Below, piece by piece: positions 1 through 14,500 of a DNA stretch of 64,000 nucleotides; position 1 is the first letter of the stretch, and each line of letters starts with the position of its first letter. A program made the translations under genes and the position numbers. This DNA is from Tubulanus polymorphus (lineage: Eukaryota > Animalia > Nemertea). The stretch is taken from positions 19,629,101 through 19,693,100 of the forward strand of contig NC_134025.1 of NCBI RefSeq assembly GCF_964204645.1. Reading direction: 5' to 3'. The notes under the pieces were generated by a model, which saw nothing but the letters and a program-made list of their open reading frames with translations, made no database searches and was not told where the DNA came from.

Positions 1-377
1 TTAATGAGAAAAATAAAACCAATGGAATTCTTTCCTCAGTATTGTAATTTCTTTCCAGGTTCAGTTATTGCGAGGAAAAAAAATCTGGGAAGCGGCAAAC
101 TGGATTGATACGACGGAAAAATATGCAGCCACCCATTCAGTTTTCATTGAATTTTTGGACATTTACTCATGCATTTAATGGCTGCATTAAATCAAAGTAC
201 ATTTTGTGATTTCAGTTCTTGGTTTATTCATTGACTCATGTGTGGATACTGATAAATCACCTTATTGAGCTCTCATTCAGACCACCACAAATTTTTGAAA
301 ATTAATGGCACGAGTTATATGTATTAGATGATATGGTCAATTGTTTTAAACGTTTTATTTTTCTTTGTTTTTTTCAG

Positions 378-415
378 GGTTACAAATACTGAGTTGCATT
401 TAATTTCAAGAACCA
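378..415 (+). other. Possible short 5' untranslated or alternative exon
   Basis: Strong polypyrimidine acceptor ttctttgtttttttcag| and donor CA|GTGAGT upstream of the first coding exon. Confidence 0.4.
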
Positions 416-1124
416 GTGAGTAAAATATTCCATTTCAATTTCTATATATAAAATTTAGAATATTGAATTTCCATGAAATGCAACTTGCAGAATGAATTCA
501 TATTCTATGACCTGTGTCATGATTACTTTTAGTTTCACTGTTTCAAGGGTGATCGAGAGAATTTGAAATAGTTATGAGCTTAGGGACCTTTAATTTGTGT
601 TGATATTTGACTGTACTGAATTGATGCTGGAACAATGATGAAATTTTTTGAAGCATTATTTTTGAGGTGTAGAATGAATGTAGTGGAAATGGTTATAATA
701 CATTTTATGTGGATTTTATTAGAATGAATTCCATTGGAACAGAAATTTACTTCAAAGAATGCAACATTTTCCATAAGTTGGCTTACATGAATTAAGTCTT
801 TAAAAAACGTTTGAAAGGTAAATCGACTTTCTTAGGCTCAATTAGTGTCATTTAGACTAATCATTCTCATTCCTGTACACTCCTTATGTATGTAAAGGCA
901 GATGGTCTCGCTTCGCTTTACCCATTCTTCAGTGCCCTTTCATTTATATGAATACCTGCACATTCCACTACTAAGGGCTGGAATGTTCACAACCGGTTGT
1001 TAGCAAGTCCAGAAGTTTGACAGTAAATCAGTACTCATGCAAATCTATAGCTGTCAACACCACATGTATTTACTATTATGCACCTAGGATGAATAGCTGA
1101 TGACAATAGATATTGTTTCCTGCC

Positions 1125-1335
1125 ATGGAGTTACGCCACACTTTTTTATGTTTATTTCTGACAATAGGAATATCATCTGCGCAGGGGGTTAATCAGCAGC
1201 CAAATATTGCTGCCATAGTTGCAGGATGCATTATTGGCACATTACTAGTCGTTGGCTTGGCACTGCTTATTGCATATTTTGTTTGGAAATACAAATGTAA
1301 ACGCAAAAACCAAAATCCACCTTTGACACAAAAAG
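1125..1335 (+). CDS. Coding exon 1 of AHNAK/periaxin-like giant protein: signal peptide plus single transmembrane helix
   Basis: gccATGg Kozak start at 1125; MELRHTFLCLFLTIGISSA-QGVNQQPN-IAAIVAGCIIGTLLVVGLALLIAYFVW-KYKCKRK (hydrophobic leader, TM helix, basic stop-transfer); donor AAG|GTGAGT, phase 1. Confidence 0.8.
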
Positions 1336-4300
1336 GTGAGTTTATGTAGTATCTTATGAAAGGTAATTCATCATAGTGTACCTGAGACAAGACCTATGTT
1401 TTAGGTTTTTGTTAATGGTAAATAGACTTTAGTTGCTCAGTTCGATGAGTTGTCTTACTTTTAACCTAATTAATGTAGGATTTCTATGTGTAGATATTTT
1501 AATGAATTAGACCTGAATATATATATTTTGATTATGTAATGAGTTATCTAAGCCATTCCTTAATGAATAATATGTGAAAAAATAAATCTGACCGGAACTT
1601 GGATCTTTGTTTTAAAGAGGCAACTAAGCTAAATCTCTATAAAAATTGTATGAAATGATTATGGAGCTAATCTGTCATCTTAGACCAGGGTTACTTCAGA
1701 GCTGTATAAATCACTAATATTACACAAATATTTAGTTAAATCTGGAAATATAGGGTATCTACATGGAACAGTATAACGTAGAATATGTGCGTGACTATTT
1801 GTGTATGGAAAAGTTCCAAGTTTTTACGAGAATGCACAAGCCATTCTTTGAATAACTTTTTGCCCTATCAAAAAGATTGTAATTGTTTATTCCTAAAAAA
1901 AGTTTACATAATCAGTCACAGATTGAGACAGGCTAAAGTTTATGATTGAGTTCATTCCTTTCAATATTGAAAAATTGTGAACATGAGGTAATATTATTTG
2001 AACATTGAGAGTCATTTGTTTAGAATAAAAGTATCAATTGTTGAAAGATGGAATATTCACAGTTTCATAGTTCTTACATCACCATCTATACATTGTCAAT
2101 GCTGATTTAATTGATCATAATACATAAATGATTAGTTTGTTACCACTTTTATGATGATCATAAATTCCATGAAAATTTATTTTGATATTTAGCGTAGTCT
2201 AGATTTTCATTACCGGTATACACTATAATTATATGCACCACGTTAATAATTTGTGAGGAGATGGTGCATTAATTCAAGAACTCAAAATAGCCATTCTGAC
2301 TAAGGAATGATGATAACTTTTATCCAGTTTTAGTATGGATTATACTTTTAATATATATAGATTATAGTTTTATGAATACATGCACATACATGTGCTGACC
2401 TGTAAAGTAGTATTATGGAAATTAATAGTCAGTATTCTTTACCAGATTTTCTAAATTGTTCATTTGATTGCCATTTATGTAAGTTGAAAATCAATTTAGA
2501 TGTATATAATTGATTAAGGTCACTGTATTATACATATAGATTATCAATGTTCATGGACGATTGTGGGTGCAATATTATTCATCACTCAGTGGTTCATCGA
2601 TTTTGATTGCCAGAAAAGAAAACTCGTTTTCAAGACAGGTCATGATTGCAGAAATTAATTATGCAATTTTAATCCTGGCTCAATAATTCTTGTTCAAGTA
2701 GCATGTTTAAGAGAAATCTAAGATCTTATGCAATGACCATGTAACAACTAAGTATAAATTTTGACCACATGGGTGGTTCACTATCATTAGCCAACTTGGT
2801 AGGTGCATTCCATATTTCAAGTCCAGTGATTGCAGTATTCTCAACTGTAATCCCTGCCTGTAAACTACAGAAAATATTTTGCGAAATTCATTAACTCGAT
2901 CCTTAATTCCGTTTTAACATGTCATGACTGCAAAATTTGATCATTCATGCGAAGATGACCTTCATGCTATGTACTTACATATAGGCCTACCAGTATACCA
3001 CTTCCATTTCCTGGAAAATGTCCATACAGCTAATTCGGAGAGAATACTGTACCTATGTCATTATCACTGCTTCAGGGGTTTTCCATAAATACCTCATGTT
3101 TGTTATAAATAATAATTATGACAAATAAATGTAGGTCTACACTTTTATTACAAGTGACCATATATATACTATTCAGTGTATATTTGCAGTGCAAACGTGT
3201 GCTGTAAATGAATGACTGGGGGAGGGAGGGTGGATTCAGCAGAAAATGTACTTGCATGGATACAGACACAACTAGGGCTATCGGCAATTAGGGGGGATAG
3301 CAGCCTATGGTATGCCACCAGTTTCAGTGATAGCTGCAGTCATAAGCTGGCTTACGACGCAACCCATTGCCTACCAACTCTTTAGTTGCTTGCAAGTGCA
3401 AGGATTCTAGCCAATACGAAATATGCATATACACAAAGGATAATGCTGATAGTGCTTCAAATTAGAGAGTACTTATTACTTGAGTCCTCATGCAAATATG
3501 ATTAAATATCAAGGGTTTATTTATTAGAATAGAAATAAGATACTGTTGACAACAAAATTATATAATATTAAAGATCAATTTAAGTTATTTTGAGTTAGAA
3601 TATATCGATAATATTGATTACCTAATGCACATCTCAAAAATGAGTATTAAGATTTATCAAATATGGATTAAGAGTCATGAAATATATCCAATCTACAAAA
3701 TGAATTGATATACAAAATAAATGCTAAAATTCACAAATGAAATGGTTATTTTGAAATGCCAATATTGATGACGTAGTGCACATCGACTCGCACAGAACCC
3801 ATAAGATACGCATACTAGTAATCAATGTAAATAAACATTACTGTAACAGTTTTAACAGTGTCAAAAATGTATATACATATGATTATGAAATTATAGAAAT
3901 ACTCCTAAGTATTTCAAGTTATTGTGATTTAACAACAATTTATTTTCAAATATTAACTTAACATACATGACACGCGCACATTCTCCTTTATTCGGTATCG
4001 ATAGGCCATTTTAATTTGTCATTTCTGACCATCGATCAGTTCAGTTGCCAGTGATCGTAGGAGACAAAAACCAGGAACAAGGGAAGCAACTGGCAGGAGC
4101 TCGTATCCTGCTAGTCGGGCTCAGTCTCTTTGATATGCTGGGCTTCGATCACCTTTCCTCTGCCAGTTGCCTCAGGATCCATCGGTAATTGTCGCATCAT
4201 AGCACGAGATAAGTTAGCCTTGAATTGATGAATTATGGTGTAATTCATGGTAAGAAAGACATTGTTTCAAAACCATGTAAAAGAATGATGCTTATATTGG

Positions 4301-5738
4301 CAGGGATATCTCATCTGGGGTTTCATTTATTAAACATGAAACCTCTGTGTTGCTTTGGTCATTTGAATCATGTATTAGTACATTGAATGTGATATTTTGT
4401 GAAATAGATTTTTCTACCCATATTTTATTCTATGGTATAAACGATATGTTTCACTGTTCAGCTGTATAATCACATCTTTATACAAAATCTCATCTCATAA
4501 GTGAATAGATTACTTAATGTTTTAGAGTACAAATAAAATCTGTTTCATGACCAGCTGAAAATGTAGAAAAATGTGTTTTTCCCAGATATGATTAATTTTT
4601 GGAAAAGATCTGCTTGTCTGATAATAAGAAGAATACATGTTTGTTTGAAATGGACAAACTGGCCCACTATTTTGAAATTAAGGAGAAGCTAATCATGTGA
4701 CCCTCTAAGGTCTGATCTGCCAGATTCAGGATAGCTGACTGGCTACAATATGTGTGGTTACAAAACACGCAATCCCTTCATTCAAGGATTTACCACATTG
4801 CAATCGCAGACCCCATTCTGCTTATTGAAAATTTTATCGGCCTTGATTCACAAGTGTCTTTTAAAAAGATTTACATGACTATCCTTTCACTGCATTATAT
4901 GTAAGAAAAATCCAATGAAATGAGTATTGAATAAGTGTGGCCTGTTTTTCTTGATTGAGTTATCAATAGCCTGACAGGTTGTGATTTAAGTTCACATAAA
5001 TAGTTTTAGCGGCTTGTTTTATTAAGAGTTTGAAACGCTGTTTTTATGTCCAGGAAAAATTCTTTTTGTCTATTTGCCAGAGGTTATCTTGAAATCTATG
5101 TTGAATTAAAACCTGCTCCATACACCACAATGATAAGTATCTCATGTAAGAAAGAAAGCAATGGTATTTAAAGTTAAGGCTAGCTTATGGGCGGACTATG
5201 AAGTTACAGATACTAGCGCAGCTGGGATTTTGGCAACAGGCGAGAGCTAACAGCATCTGGTATGCCACAAGCTGACCGATGCTGTCTTGCATTGCAACCC
5301 AATGCATATTGACTTAACTGTAAGCTGTATCCCACAAGTTGCCCATGTTCTACCCCAGCATACCCTGTCCAGCTATTTGCTTTCAATTGTAAGGATACTA
5401 GCCATTCAGAGATGTGTAAAATGCGTAGGACAATGCTCAATAGTAATGTTACAAATTAGACAGTAATTACTTACATAGAAACTAGGATCCTATTGTAAAT
5501 GTAATTGAATATTGTGATCTTTTAATGATATGTGCAAGTATACCGCGTAGTAAGGTGACTTCTGGATGTCAAATAAAAAAGTGTATTGTAGTGGTTATAT
5601 GAGATTTCATGTAATTCTAATCGCATTCAATCAAATACATCTATTCCATGGTATTAGCGGTCTTTTAGTTTCATGAATTATTCATGAAATTATGCACTGT
5701 TGGCTTTTAATTACTGTAAACCTATTGTCGATTCCTCC

Positions 5739-5824
5739 CAGGGCCAGTTTTATAGACATTTTGATTGAAATATAACTCAGTTGCTTGGTTTTAAGTTAAA
5801 ACTGGTCTATGAAACCAGCCCCAG
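5739..5824. mobile_element. Small MITE-like element with Harbinger-type ends
   Basis: cagggccagttttatagac ... gtctatgaaaccagccccag imperfect inverted termini. Confidence 0.4.
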
Positions 5825-6033
5825 TGAAGTCACTCATATTTGCTTGAATAATAAAAACTACTGGTAGTGATGGATTTTTCGTTTTGGTCAGATAAGTTGA
5901 ATTACTGGATTGAAGACTTCTGACAATGTGATAGTAGTGAAGTGTAAAGTGAAAAAATAGTTTGAGATTTGGGAAAACGACTTAGATGGTGTCATGAGGC
6001 TATTACTAAATAAGTTTTTGACATTTTTTTTAG

Positions 6034-6114
6034 ATAGAGTAGAAGGTTTTCATAATGCTGCATTCTCAGAAGCCAAAGATATAAAAAATTTTAGTGATGT
6101 TGACATCGAAGAAG
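6034..6114 (+). CDS. Coding exon 2 of AHNAK/periaxin-like gene (juxtamembrane tail)
   Basis: tttttttag| acceptor, G|GTAAAT donor, 81 nt, phase 1-1; encodes DRVEGFHNAAFSEAKDIKNFSDVDIEE. Confidence 0.75.
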
Positions 6115-6531
6115 GTAAATATTGTTTTAGTTGTTTTTGGTATTTAAATAGTAATAATTTAAAACTGAAAAACTGCATAGAGAATCATTATTTCAAATCA
6201 AATTACCTCTCAAATTATATCCTTGATATCATACCCATCCAATTATTTGATGGGTCATCAAAGTTTTTATATACGTAACAGTCATATTATTTCTCCTTGA
6301 TGAAAAATGATATCAAAATATCTATTCATGATTTTAATGCAAAAATGCTAATTTTAGCTGCAGTGGCCTCTTGCTTACCAGTACTGAATCACTGTAGTTT
6401 GTGTTTTGCACTCAAATAGCAAAATTTATCTGTAATTTTGATAGGAATATATTTTGGTGGCCCAATTATCAGTCACCATCAATTGTCCATTTGGGGGAAA
6501 TGAATTCAAGTGACTCTTTTGCTCTTTTTAG

Positions 6532-6572
6532 GTACAGGAGGGTTTAATTTCCGCAATACTGCCAATAGAAAT
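6532..6572 (+). CDS. Coding exon 3 of AHNAK/periaxin-like gene
   Basis: ctttttag| acceptor, AAT|GTAAGT donor, 41 nt, phase 1-0; encodes GTGGFNFRNTANRN. Confidence 0.65.
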
Positions 6573-7499
6573 GTAAGTATTCATGTCTCATTATTCAGAC
6601 TCTGTGACAAGGATTATATCAATCTTTTATTTTATACATGTTTCATTGGTTACCAATTGCTCTTAAAATTTACTATAAAATTCTCTTCATAGATAATAAA
6701 GATCTGACAACAGGCTCCTACTTGTACCTATTGTTCAATATCTATAAACCGTCTAGTAATCTCCTTTCTGCTCATCAAGGCAAACTCAGTGCACCCATTG
6801 TCAACTCTAGTACATATGGACTTCTAGATGCACCAAACTTTGGAATTCATTCAATCTCTCAGACTCTAGGGCACTATAGACAGTGAATAGTTTAAGAGTC
6901 ATCTAAGAACCAAAAATCTAGTTCATCTAAAAACTGAAAAACGATTCTGTCCTATGCCCATGAACTGTTTTGATAAGATTTGTTGTGCCGTTCAAGTATT
7001 TCATGTATTACTACTTGAATGAACAATTATTCATAAAGACAGTTACATAGTCTTCATGAATTTTGCTATTAACTATATATTAACTGGTTGAAAATTAATG
7101 TACATTGTAGTCATATGTACATGTAGTCCGGTACTGACGGATTGCATTTTTCTCGATGTGAACCTTGTGAGGAAAAATTGTCATGATATTGATATATTAT
7201 ATTTCCCATATTTTCTTGACTTGTATGGTAGAAAGTGCCGACACAGATATTTGAAGCTCTCCAGCATTCCATTCAACATTAATCATCAACTAGTTAGCTA
7301 TAGATCTAATGAGTACCTAGTTTATTAAATGTAATCAAATATTTGCAATAGAGGCCTTAAACATTTGGTTTCAATCACTGATTGGAGCCATACTCTGTAT
7401 TTAGATTTTGTGGTTACAGTATTGCATTTTTATTTTGTGTGCTCACTCAAATATCTAATCAAACATGATCTGAAGGTCAATATTGGCCACGTTTGCACT

Positions 7500-8301
7500 A
7501 AAGCGGGGGACACACTAAACAAAATTCGCTGCGAATATATTCATGACATAAGTTGCAGCGAATTTAGTCGTGCAGCATTGAGTAGGCAAAATATACGATC
7601 AGATTCGAGCAACATTGTGTGTTTCGAGCAAAACCTGTTAGGTTTACTGAAAATCTAGAATATCTCCCCGAAATAAGCAGTTTTAAACCATTCCACTTAA
7701 TTTCATGAAAATCAATGTAGAATTCTTGACTCTATTGCGCTAACAAGAAATTAAAGATGGCTACCCTGGTGGTCATATTTGATGGCCGATAACCTAAATT
7801 TTCAATAGGGGTGGCCATCTCATCTGCCCTAATCCTTGCACAAAGTTTAAGAAAAATCCATCAAGAATTGCAGCCTGTATCGGGGAATAACAAGGTGTCA
7901 GGGGACAGCAGACGGCGGACACAGAATGACCTAATAAGTCTCCCCCAACTGGGTGACATGATTACCTATGTTTAGACTGATTTGTGAATTGATTTACTCA
8001 AACCGACACATTTGTTTTGTTATAAGCCCTGGAATAGCGGGCTTAAATCTCGCCAGTGATTGGCTCTATTTCATATGGTTCACAGTCAAAATCCTATTTC
8101 ACGGGCGTGCATGCTAAAACATTCGCTGCATTAGAATTTGCTGCAAAAATATCCAACATGTTTTTATCAGTGCAATTTTCATTGTTTTATCGGTGCAATT
8201 GTGACGGGTGGCAGACAAAAACTGATAATCGACCGAACACACTGAATTTCGGTGCAGAATCTATAATCGCAGAATGAAATCACAGAGTGTGTCCCCTGAT
8301 T
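7500..8301. mobile_element. Non-autonomous DNA transposon with a nested repeat fragment
   Basis: Inverted termini ggggacacact (about 7506) and agtgtgtcccc (ending about 8295); internal 7740-7960 resembles 52090-52280. Confidence 0.5.
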
Positions 8302-8575
8302 AACACTTCCTCTAGTTAGACCGTTCTAACTTGGTTCATAACTGGAATAGACCAATTTAGAACGGAACTTGGAGTAATCATTTCCAAGAATTGACCAAAC
8401 CAGAGGTCAAGTTCAGACATCTGTATTTTAACTAGAGATTTGTACTTTGATAGATTTAAGCGCCCCAAACATTATTCATTAAGAACATTTATAATGAATG
8501 CCATTTTTCATTTAAACATTTGGTACAGATACTTCAGGGCCAGCATATAAGAGACAGATTTTAAGAAAGAAAGTA

Positions 8576-11502
8576 ATAGACCATTTTACAGTTGCTAGCC
8601 TCCTTTTTGTTAGGGTACTTCTGTCCTGTATTGTTGGGTCATTTTTTTCTCGTTTTTAAAAACTATTTGTGATGCGTGTTTTGTCATATTTCATCTGTCC
8701 CTGGATAGATTTTGACAGTTTTAGCAACTGTCAAACTGTGTGAATCTCTAGTTTTCATTTATTCAAAAATCATTTCTCAAATTGCAAAAATGCGACATGA
8801 GAGCGATATAAAAATAGGTGGTCAGTTTTTGCCGCGCGCATAAAAATCCAGTGTACTGAACTTTGAAGTTCATTATTTTCAGAAATAATTTTCTAAAAAA
8901 TCTGAACATTTCAAGAACTGTGCGCATAAACAACCCCTTTCAAGTGAACTTTAAAATTTTAAGATAGCTTGCCTAGTTTTCATCCTATGGCTCTTTAACT
9001 GCAGCGCGTGTTTTGTCATTCCGGTTTTCTATGTGTATTTCAGTATATGGGTGTTACTTTTTTGTCTTGATATTAGGGTTACACATGTATCTACCCTAGA
9101 CATATCTTCAGCCCAAAAACTGTCAGAATCAAGATGGCCGACTGGCAGCCATCGTTATTTGCCAAAATCAGCACTTTTTACACATTTTTGAACTTTTTGA
9201 GGGAAATTTTGAAGACGCTTTGATCAATTAACTTGATCTTTCGTATATATTTGAATCCCCCAAGGGCCCATCAACACAAGAAAAATTGGGTCGATCGGAC
9301 TCAAGATGGCCGTCCTATGACCTTTTTAGTGGCCAAAAATGTAAATTTTGGCCCAAATTCTGAGTCCTGTAGCTTCCTACTGGTTTGCCATTTCTCATTG
9401 CAATTGCTGATGGGTATTCTTTGGAAAGGGATGTTTTATACCTGAGACAGGTATTTTTTATCAGTACTCATTCGTAAGTGGGAAAAAGTTTTTCGGCATT
9501 TTATTGATACCTAAGCATATTTTGTTACCACAATGAATTAGAAAGTTGTAGCGTATATTGTGTTCTATGATTGTGGTGAGTTTCAAGGTCATTGGTTATT
9601 GTATGTGGCCACCAGGGGGTGTTGAATAATACAATATTTTGTTACCACAATCAATTGCAAAGTTGTAGCTTATGACATCGTCTAACATTGTGGTGAGTTT
9701 TAAGGACATAAGTTATTCTATATGGTCACCAGGGGGCGTTGAATAGTAGGATAACATAGTATTTCCATATTAAATGGTAGCGAGGCATATTTTGTTATCA
9801 CAATCAATTACAAAATTGTAGCTGCTGACAATATGTTCTATGATTGTGGTGAGTTTCAAGGTCATTGGTTTTTGTATATAGTATTTCCTTATCATATTGG
9901 TACCTAGGCATATTTTGTCACCATGATCAATTGCAAAGTTGTAGTTCATATGTTCTGAGATTGTGGTGAGTTTCAAGGTCATTGGGTTTTGAATATGGTC
10001 ACCAGGGGGCGTTGAATGGTAGAATAACGTAGTATTTCCATATTAAATGGTAACGAGGCATATTTTGTTATCACAATCAATTACAAAATTGTAACTGCTG
10101 ACAATATGTTCTATGATTGTGGTGAGTTTCAAGGTCATTGGTTTTTGTATATGGTCACCAGGGGGCGTTGAATATTGAAATTGTAAGATTGTTGAACATT
10201 TAAAACCACTTCCCAAGTGGGCATGGTGTCCCTGGACCCCTAGTTCATTTTTACTACACTTGTCTCCACGGAAAATGGTTTTAATTGTTGGTACGAGTAT
10301 CAGGTTTAAATGTTACGTCATTTATGAAATATAGATATCGAACACATTAGAGACTTTGGGGTTTGAAAGATTTTTCTGACCATTCAGCAGCAGAGACTGA
10401 GCTGCATTTAGATCACGCATTCGAAGTTGCACGCGGGAAGAGAATATATAGGCCTATATTGAGATGGAAGAAGAAAAGAAATATAACACTTAAAATTGAG
10501 TATGATAACCATTTAAATCAGTAGTCCATCAACAATTGATTTACATAGAAATTTACTGAAATTAGATGAATGGAGAAGTGGTAAAAAAAGCTGGACATAT
10601 GGGGGGGGGGTATTCAGCTACTTTCTATGAATACTTTCCAAAGTACACACAAGATTGATTAGATGGGGGGAAAATATAAGAAAGCGTTTTCTTGTTTTGG
10701 TTGTGAAATATCAAGTATCAAGTCTGAATGTCAGACACAGGTGATAAAAAATGACATCTATCATCACCAAAAAACGCAAGAAGTGTGTGGATTGCATTTA
10801 CAACAAAAGAGAGATATTTGGGGTTTTCTTAAGTGCATGTACATTAGCCTCTGCCTGCAGTAAAGGCGGCTACCATTACAGCTATTACGAACTAGCCCAT
10901 TAAAAGAGAACGGAATAGAGTAATAATGGCGGCCTAATATTTAAACCTGATACTCATACCAACAATTAAAACCATTCTCCGTGGAGACAGGTGTAATAAA
11001 AATGAAAAAGTAACACCCATACCGAAATACACGTATAGAAAACAGCACCGAAACTCGGAACGACAATACACGCGCTTCAGCTAAATAGGATGAAAACTAG
11101 GCAAACTATCTTAAAGATTTTAAAGTTCACTTGAAAGGGGTTGTTTATGCGCACAGTTCTTGAAATTTTTGGATTTTTTAGAAAATTATTTCTGAAAATA
11201 ATGAACTTCAAAGTTTAGTACCCTGGATTTTTATGCGCGCGGCAAAAACTGACCACCGATTTTCATTATCATGCTCTCATGTCGCATTGTTGCAAATTTG
11301 AGAAATGATTTTTGCATAAATGAAAACTGGAGATTCACACAGTTTCAATGTTGCTAAAATTGTGAAAATCTAACCAGGGACAGATGAAATATGATAAAAC
11401 ACGCATCACAAATAGTTTTTAAAAACAAGAAAAAAATGACCCAACAGTACAGGACAAAAGTACCCTAACAAAATGGCAGCTAGCAACTGTAAAATGGTTT
11501 AT
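8576..11502. mobile_element. Long-TIR non-autonomous DNA transposon, possibly ISL2EU/PIF-related
   Basis: atagaccattttacagttgctagc ... gctagcaactgtaaaatggtttat; ~570-bp inverted arms (8576-9060 plus 10244-10315 versus 10935-11502); decayed internal coding remnant. Confidence 0.8.
9066..10243 (+). mobile_element. Helentron-associated (HINE/DINE-1-like) element, 5'-truncated, inserted in the left TIR of the element above
   Basis: Internal ~150-bp tandem repeats; ends tcccaagtgggcatggtgtccctggacccCTAG|T; homologous to 53150-54437. Confidence 0.8.
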
Positions 11503-14500
11503 CCTCATTCTTTGATTTTAGGCCAATATAAGCTGTGTTCACATTACCACTAGTTAAACTAGTCTAAAATGGGTCCACACCTGGAACCGGCCAAATTTAG
11601 AACTAACCAAATCAGAGCTGGTATTCACAAACGCATTGTTGAATTTGCTACATCCTGGTCCACAAGGTGTTGCTATGAGTATTTTACCTGGAATTAAATT
11701 CATACATTCATGATAGATTTTCGAAACAATCAAAATAGATACCCTGTGACCAGCCAAGACAGATTGAGGAAGTTTATTTCAATTGATTTCATACCACTGG
11801 GATTCACAATTACGATTTAGAACCACGAATTAACCATTTTCTGTCTACAAGCACGGAATTAGTCTGTTCCAAAATTTAGACTGGATTAGTCATTTAGGTT
11901 GGTCCAAATTGGTCCAGACTTAAATAGGATGGCCCAATTTCGAATAGACTTTTTTGCTAGTGTAAATGCTTGGTCTTTTCTAAATTGGAACTGACTTGAC
12001 GTATCGGCCCCACTCCGCTCGGTGGCGCCACCGCGCGGGATTTACGCGAAGCAGCAGAACACAAACACGGCCACTCTCTCAATTTTCAATGATAGAAATC
12101 ATGTGTGCATTTCAATTATTTCGGCTGTTAGGGTTTTAAGGCACAATATAAGTTGATGATGTGATATGGCGATGTTAATTAATGATAATTCCGCAGTGAA
12201 GCTAGTCACGAACGGTGCCGATTGAGTGTACAGCTGCCAAAAACACTGAAATGTATGTAGTTGCGTAACTATTTGCAGTGAATTGCAGACGAAACATGAA
12301 GCCTTAACGGCTGTTTAAGAAAAATTTATACCAATCGCAATTGTAAAATAAAAATGAGATAGAACCTAAGTTAAAATTCCGGCCATTTCTAAAATGTTAT
12401 TGATTATTATTACTAATTTTTAGTCAGTGCGGAACGTTTACTTTTCCAACAATAATGAGGGGTGGTAGGTAGTCATGCAATTCAAGTCATCATTTATTAC
12501 ACGTTACTTCCGTGTTGTTGAAAATCTCGCGAGTCCTGGACTGAACCCCAATGAACAATGTGATCTGCGTGCTGGCCACAAATGCACACAGATCACACTA
12601 CACTACCCATTACACACTCCAGTACCCACAGCTTTCATATATCCATCCAAATATTTAGTGGCTTTCTTCCTGGATTAAGACAGTTCTATATAATGCAGCT
12701 ATAAAAATGATTTCAGATTGGAAAACTATATCGATCAGCTTCATGACAATTTAGTGACTTGTTTCTTTCAATTAAGTTCATACTGCAGAGATTCACAATT
12801 ACAATTTAGAATAGAACCAGTTTCTGTTCACACAAAAAAGTGGTCCATTCTAAGATTTAGAACAGGTGCTATGATAATGATGATGTGTCAAAACTCATCA
12901 TCTATTGGCAAAGATTCAAAACCTGATCACATTTTAACCTGGGTTTTCCAAGTTTATATGTGAAATTTGCTCCAGCAATCATACAACAGCCAATCTGATT
13001 GGGGCCATGCCTTTGCTTCCGGCAAGCCCGTGCTCTCGGGCTAGTGTGGCAGGATTTGTGCTATGGCTGAGTCTAGTGATGCCATCAGGTTTGAATCCCT
13101 GCCGAGGGAGGTTGGCCAATCTAATAAATTGACTACTTCCAAATTCTTTTGATATTTTAGCCTAAATCAATTTAAATTCAACCAGTAATGATAAGTCACT
13201 TTTGATAATTTTAAATAGTGGTTTCAATTCTGTTAATTTAGTTTTGATTCAACAACTCACAATGTGCAGAAGACACAATTGAAAATATTGTATCATTATT
13301 CTCTAATGGTTTTTCATAAGGTTTTTGGATATATTCATATTTTATGACCTTTCCTGTGTCACATATTCAATTGTTTTTAACCTAAAAAGTTTGAAACCAG
13401 GCTTGATTTTTCTATAATTTATATAATCAGGGTTGGGTTTAACAAAACATTTATGACTTCAACAACTTAATGTAGATTGTTAGACTCAATTCTTTTGATA
13501 CAATATATTTGACTTGTGCACACTGCTATAAAACAGACGTTGTAATAAAACAAAATGTCATATATACATAGCCTTGTAACTCTGGCCTTTTTGAATAAAC
13601 TCTATTCTATGGTGCCTCGATATTCCTCTACTCAATCATTAAAGCGTAATGATTATATGATTAAGAAGAATACCTGAGAGAGGATAATTCCCTTCCATTG
13701 ACTTCCATATAATCTATGCCAGTACAGATTTCAAGGTCTAATTAATGGTGGTAGCTAGATTTATATAAGATGTTTACAATTCACATAAATAAGTATCTCT
13801 TAAAGCAATCATATTCAGGTCATGTTTGACCACTCTGTATAACTGAATTGTTTGCTGTCTTCTAGTGAGTGGTTCTGTTTGCGATAACAGTTGAGAGTTT
13901 TGATATTAATATTTCAGGAGGTATGATACAAAATGAAATGAAATTGTTATGAAAAGTATGAATAAATGTGTATCAGTAAATAAGTCACCTGGAAAAACTT
14001 AAGAATGTTGGTAGAACGTCAGAACTATATTCTAGAATACATAGAGGTTTTGTACATAGAGCTTTTGTACACAGTTTCCTAGTTTCTTATTATCTATATT
14101 TGTATATGTAAAGACACATGTCGCTTCTGCGGTCGCACGACATTATATTATTATGGAGATGCAAAAACATGAAGAGATGCAAGAGATTTTTAGTGAATAT
14201 TTAGCTAAAAAACCTAAAAAGTAACTTGTTATGTGAGAGGACTCGGGCACTTCACTTGCCAATTAAACATTTTACCATTGCGCCATTCATACCACACTGA
14301 TATATTTTAAGTAAGAACTATATCATTGCCATCAAAAATGGTTCATGTGCATGTGTTCCATATGGCACCATTGGCTTATTTCAACCTTACAATCATTGCT
14401 GCTTTCGGTTCACGTTTTATACCGCCCTTGAGCAGGTATTTGACAAGTTATGGTGGAAAACTCATATCATCTTGCTATTGATCATGTCACTTGCTAGGTA

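Noticed and set aside
9233-9445. Recurring ~70-95-aa ORFs (also 53871-54158 and 57202-57414) resembling a small gene family
   Set aside because: They fall within HINE copies, lack ATG-based conserved starts and differ by frameshifts
12718-12963. 81-aa intronic ORF as an additional exon
   Set aside because: No convincing phase-0 acceptor/donor pair or recognisable motif, and the model closes without it; a minor exon cannot be fully excluded
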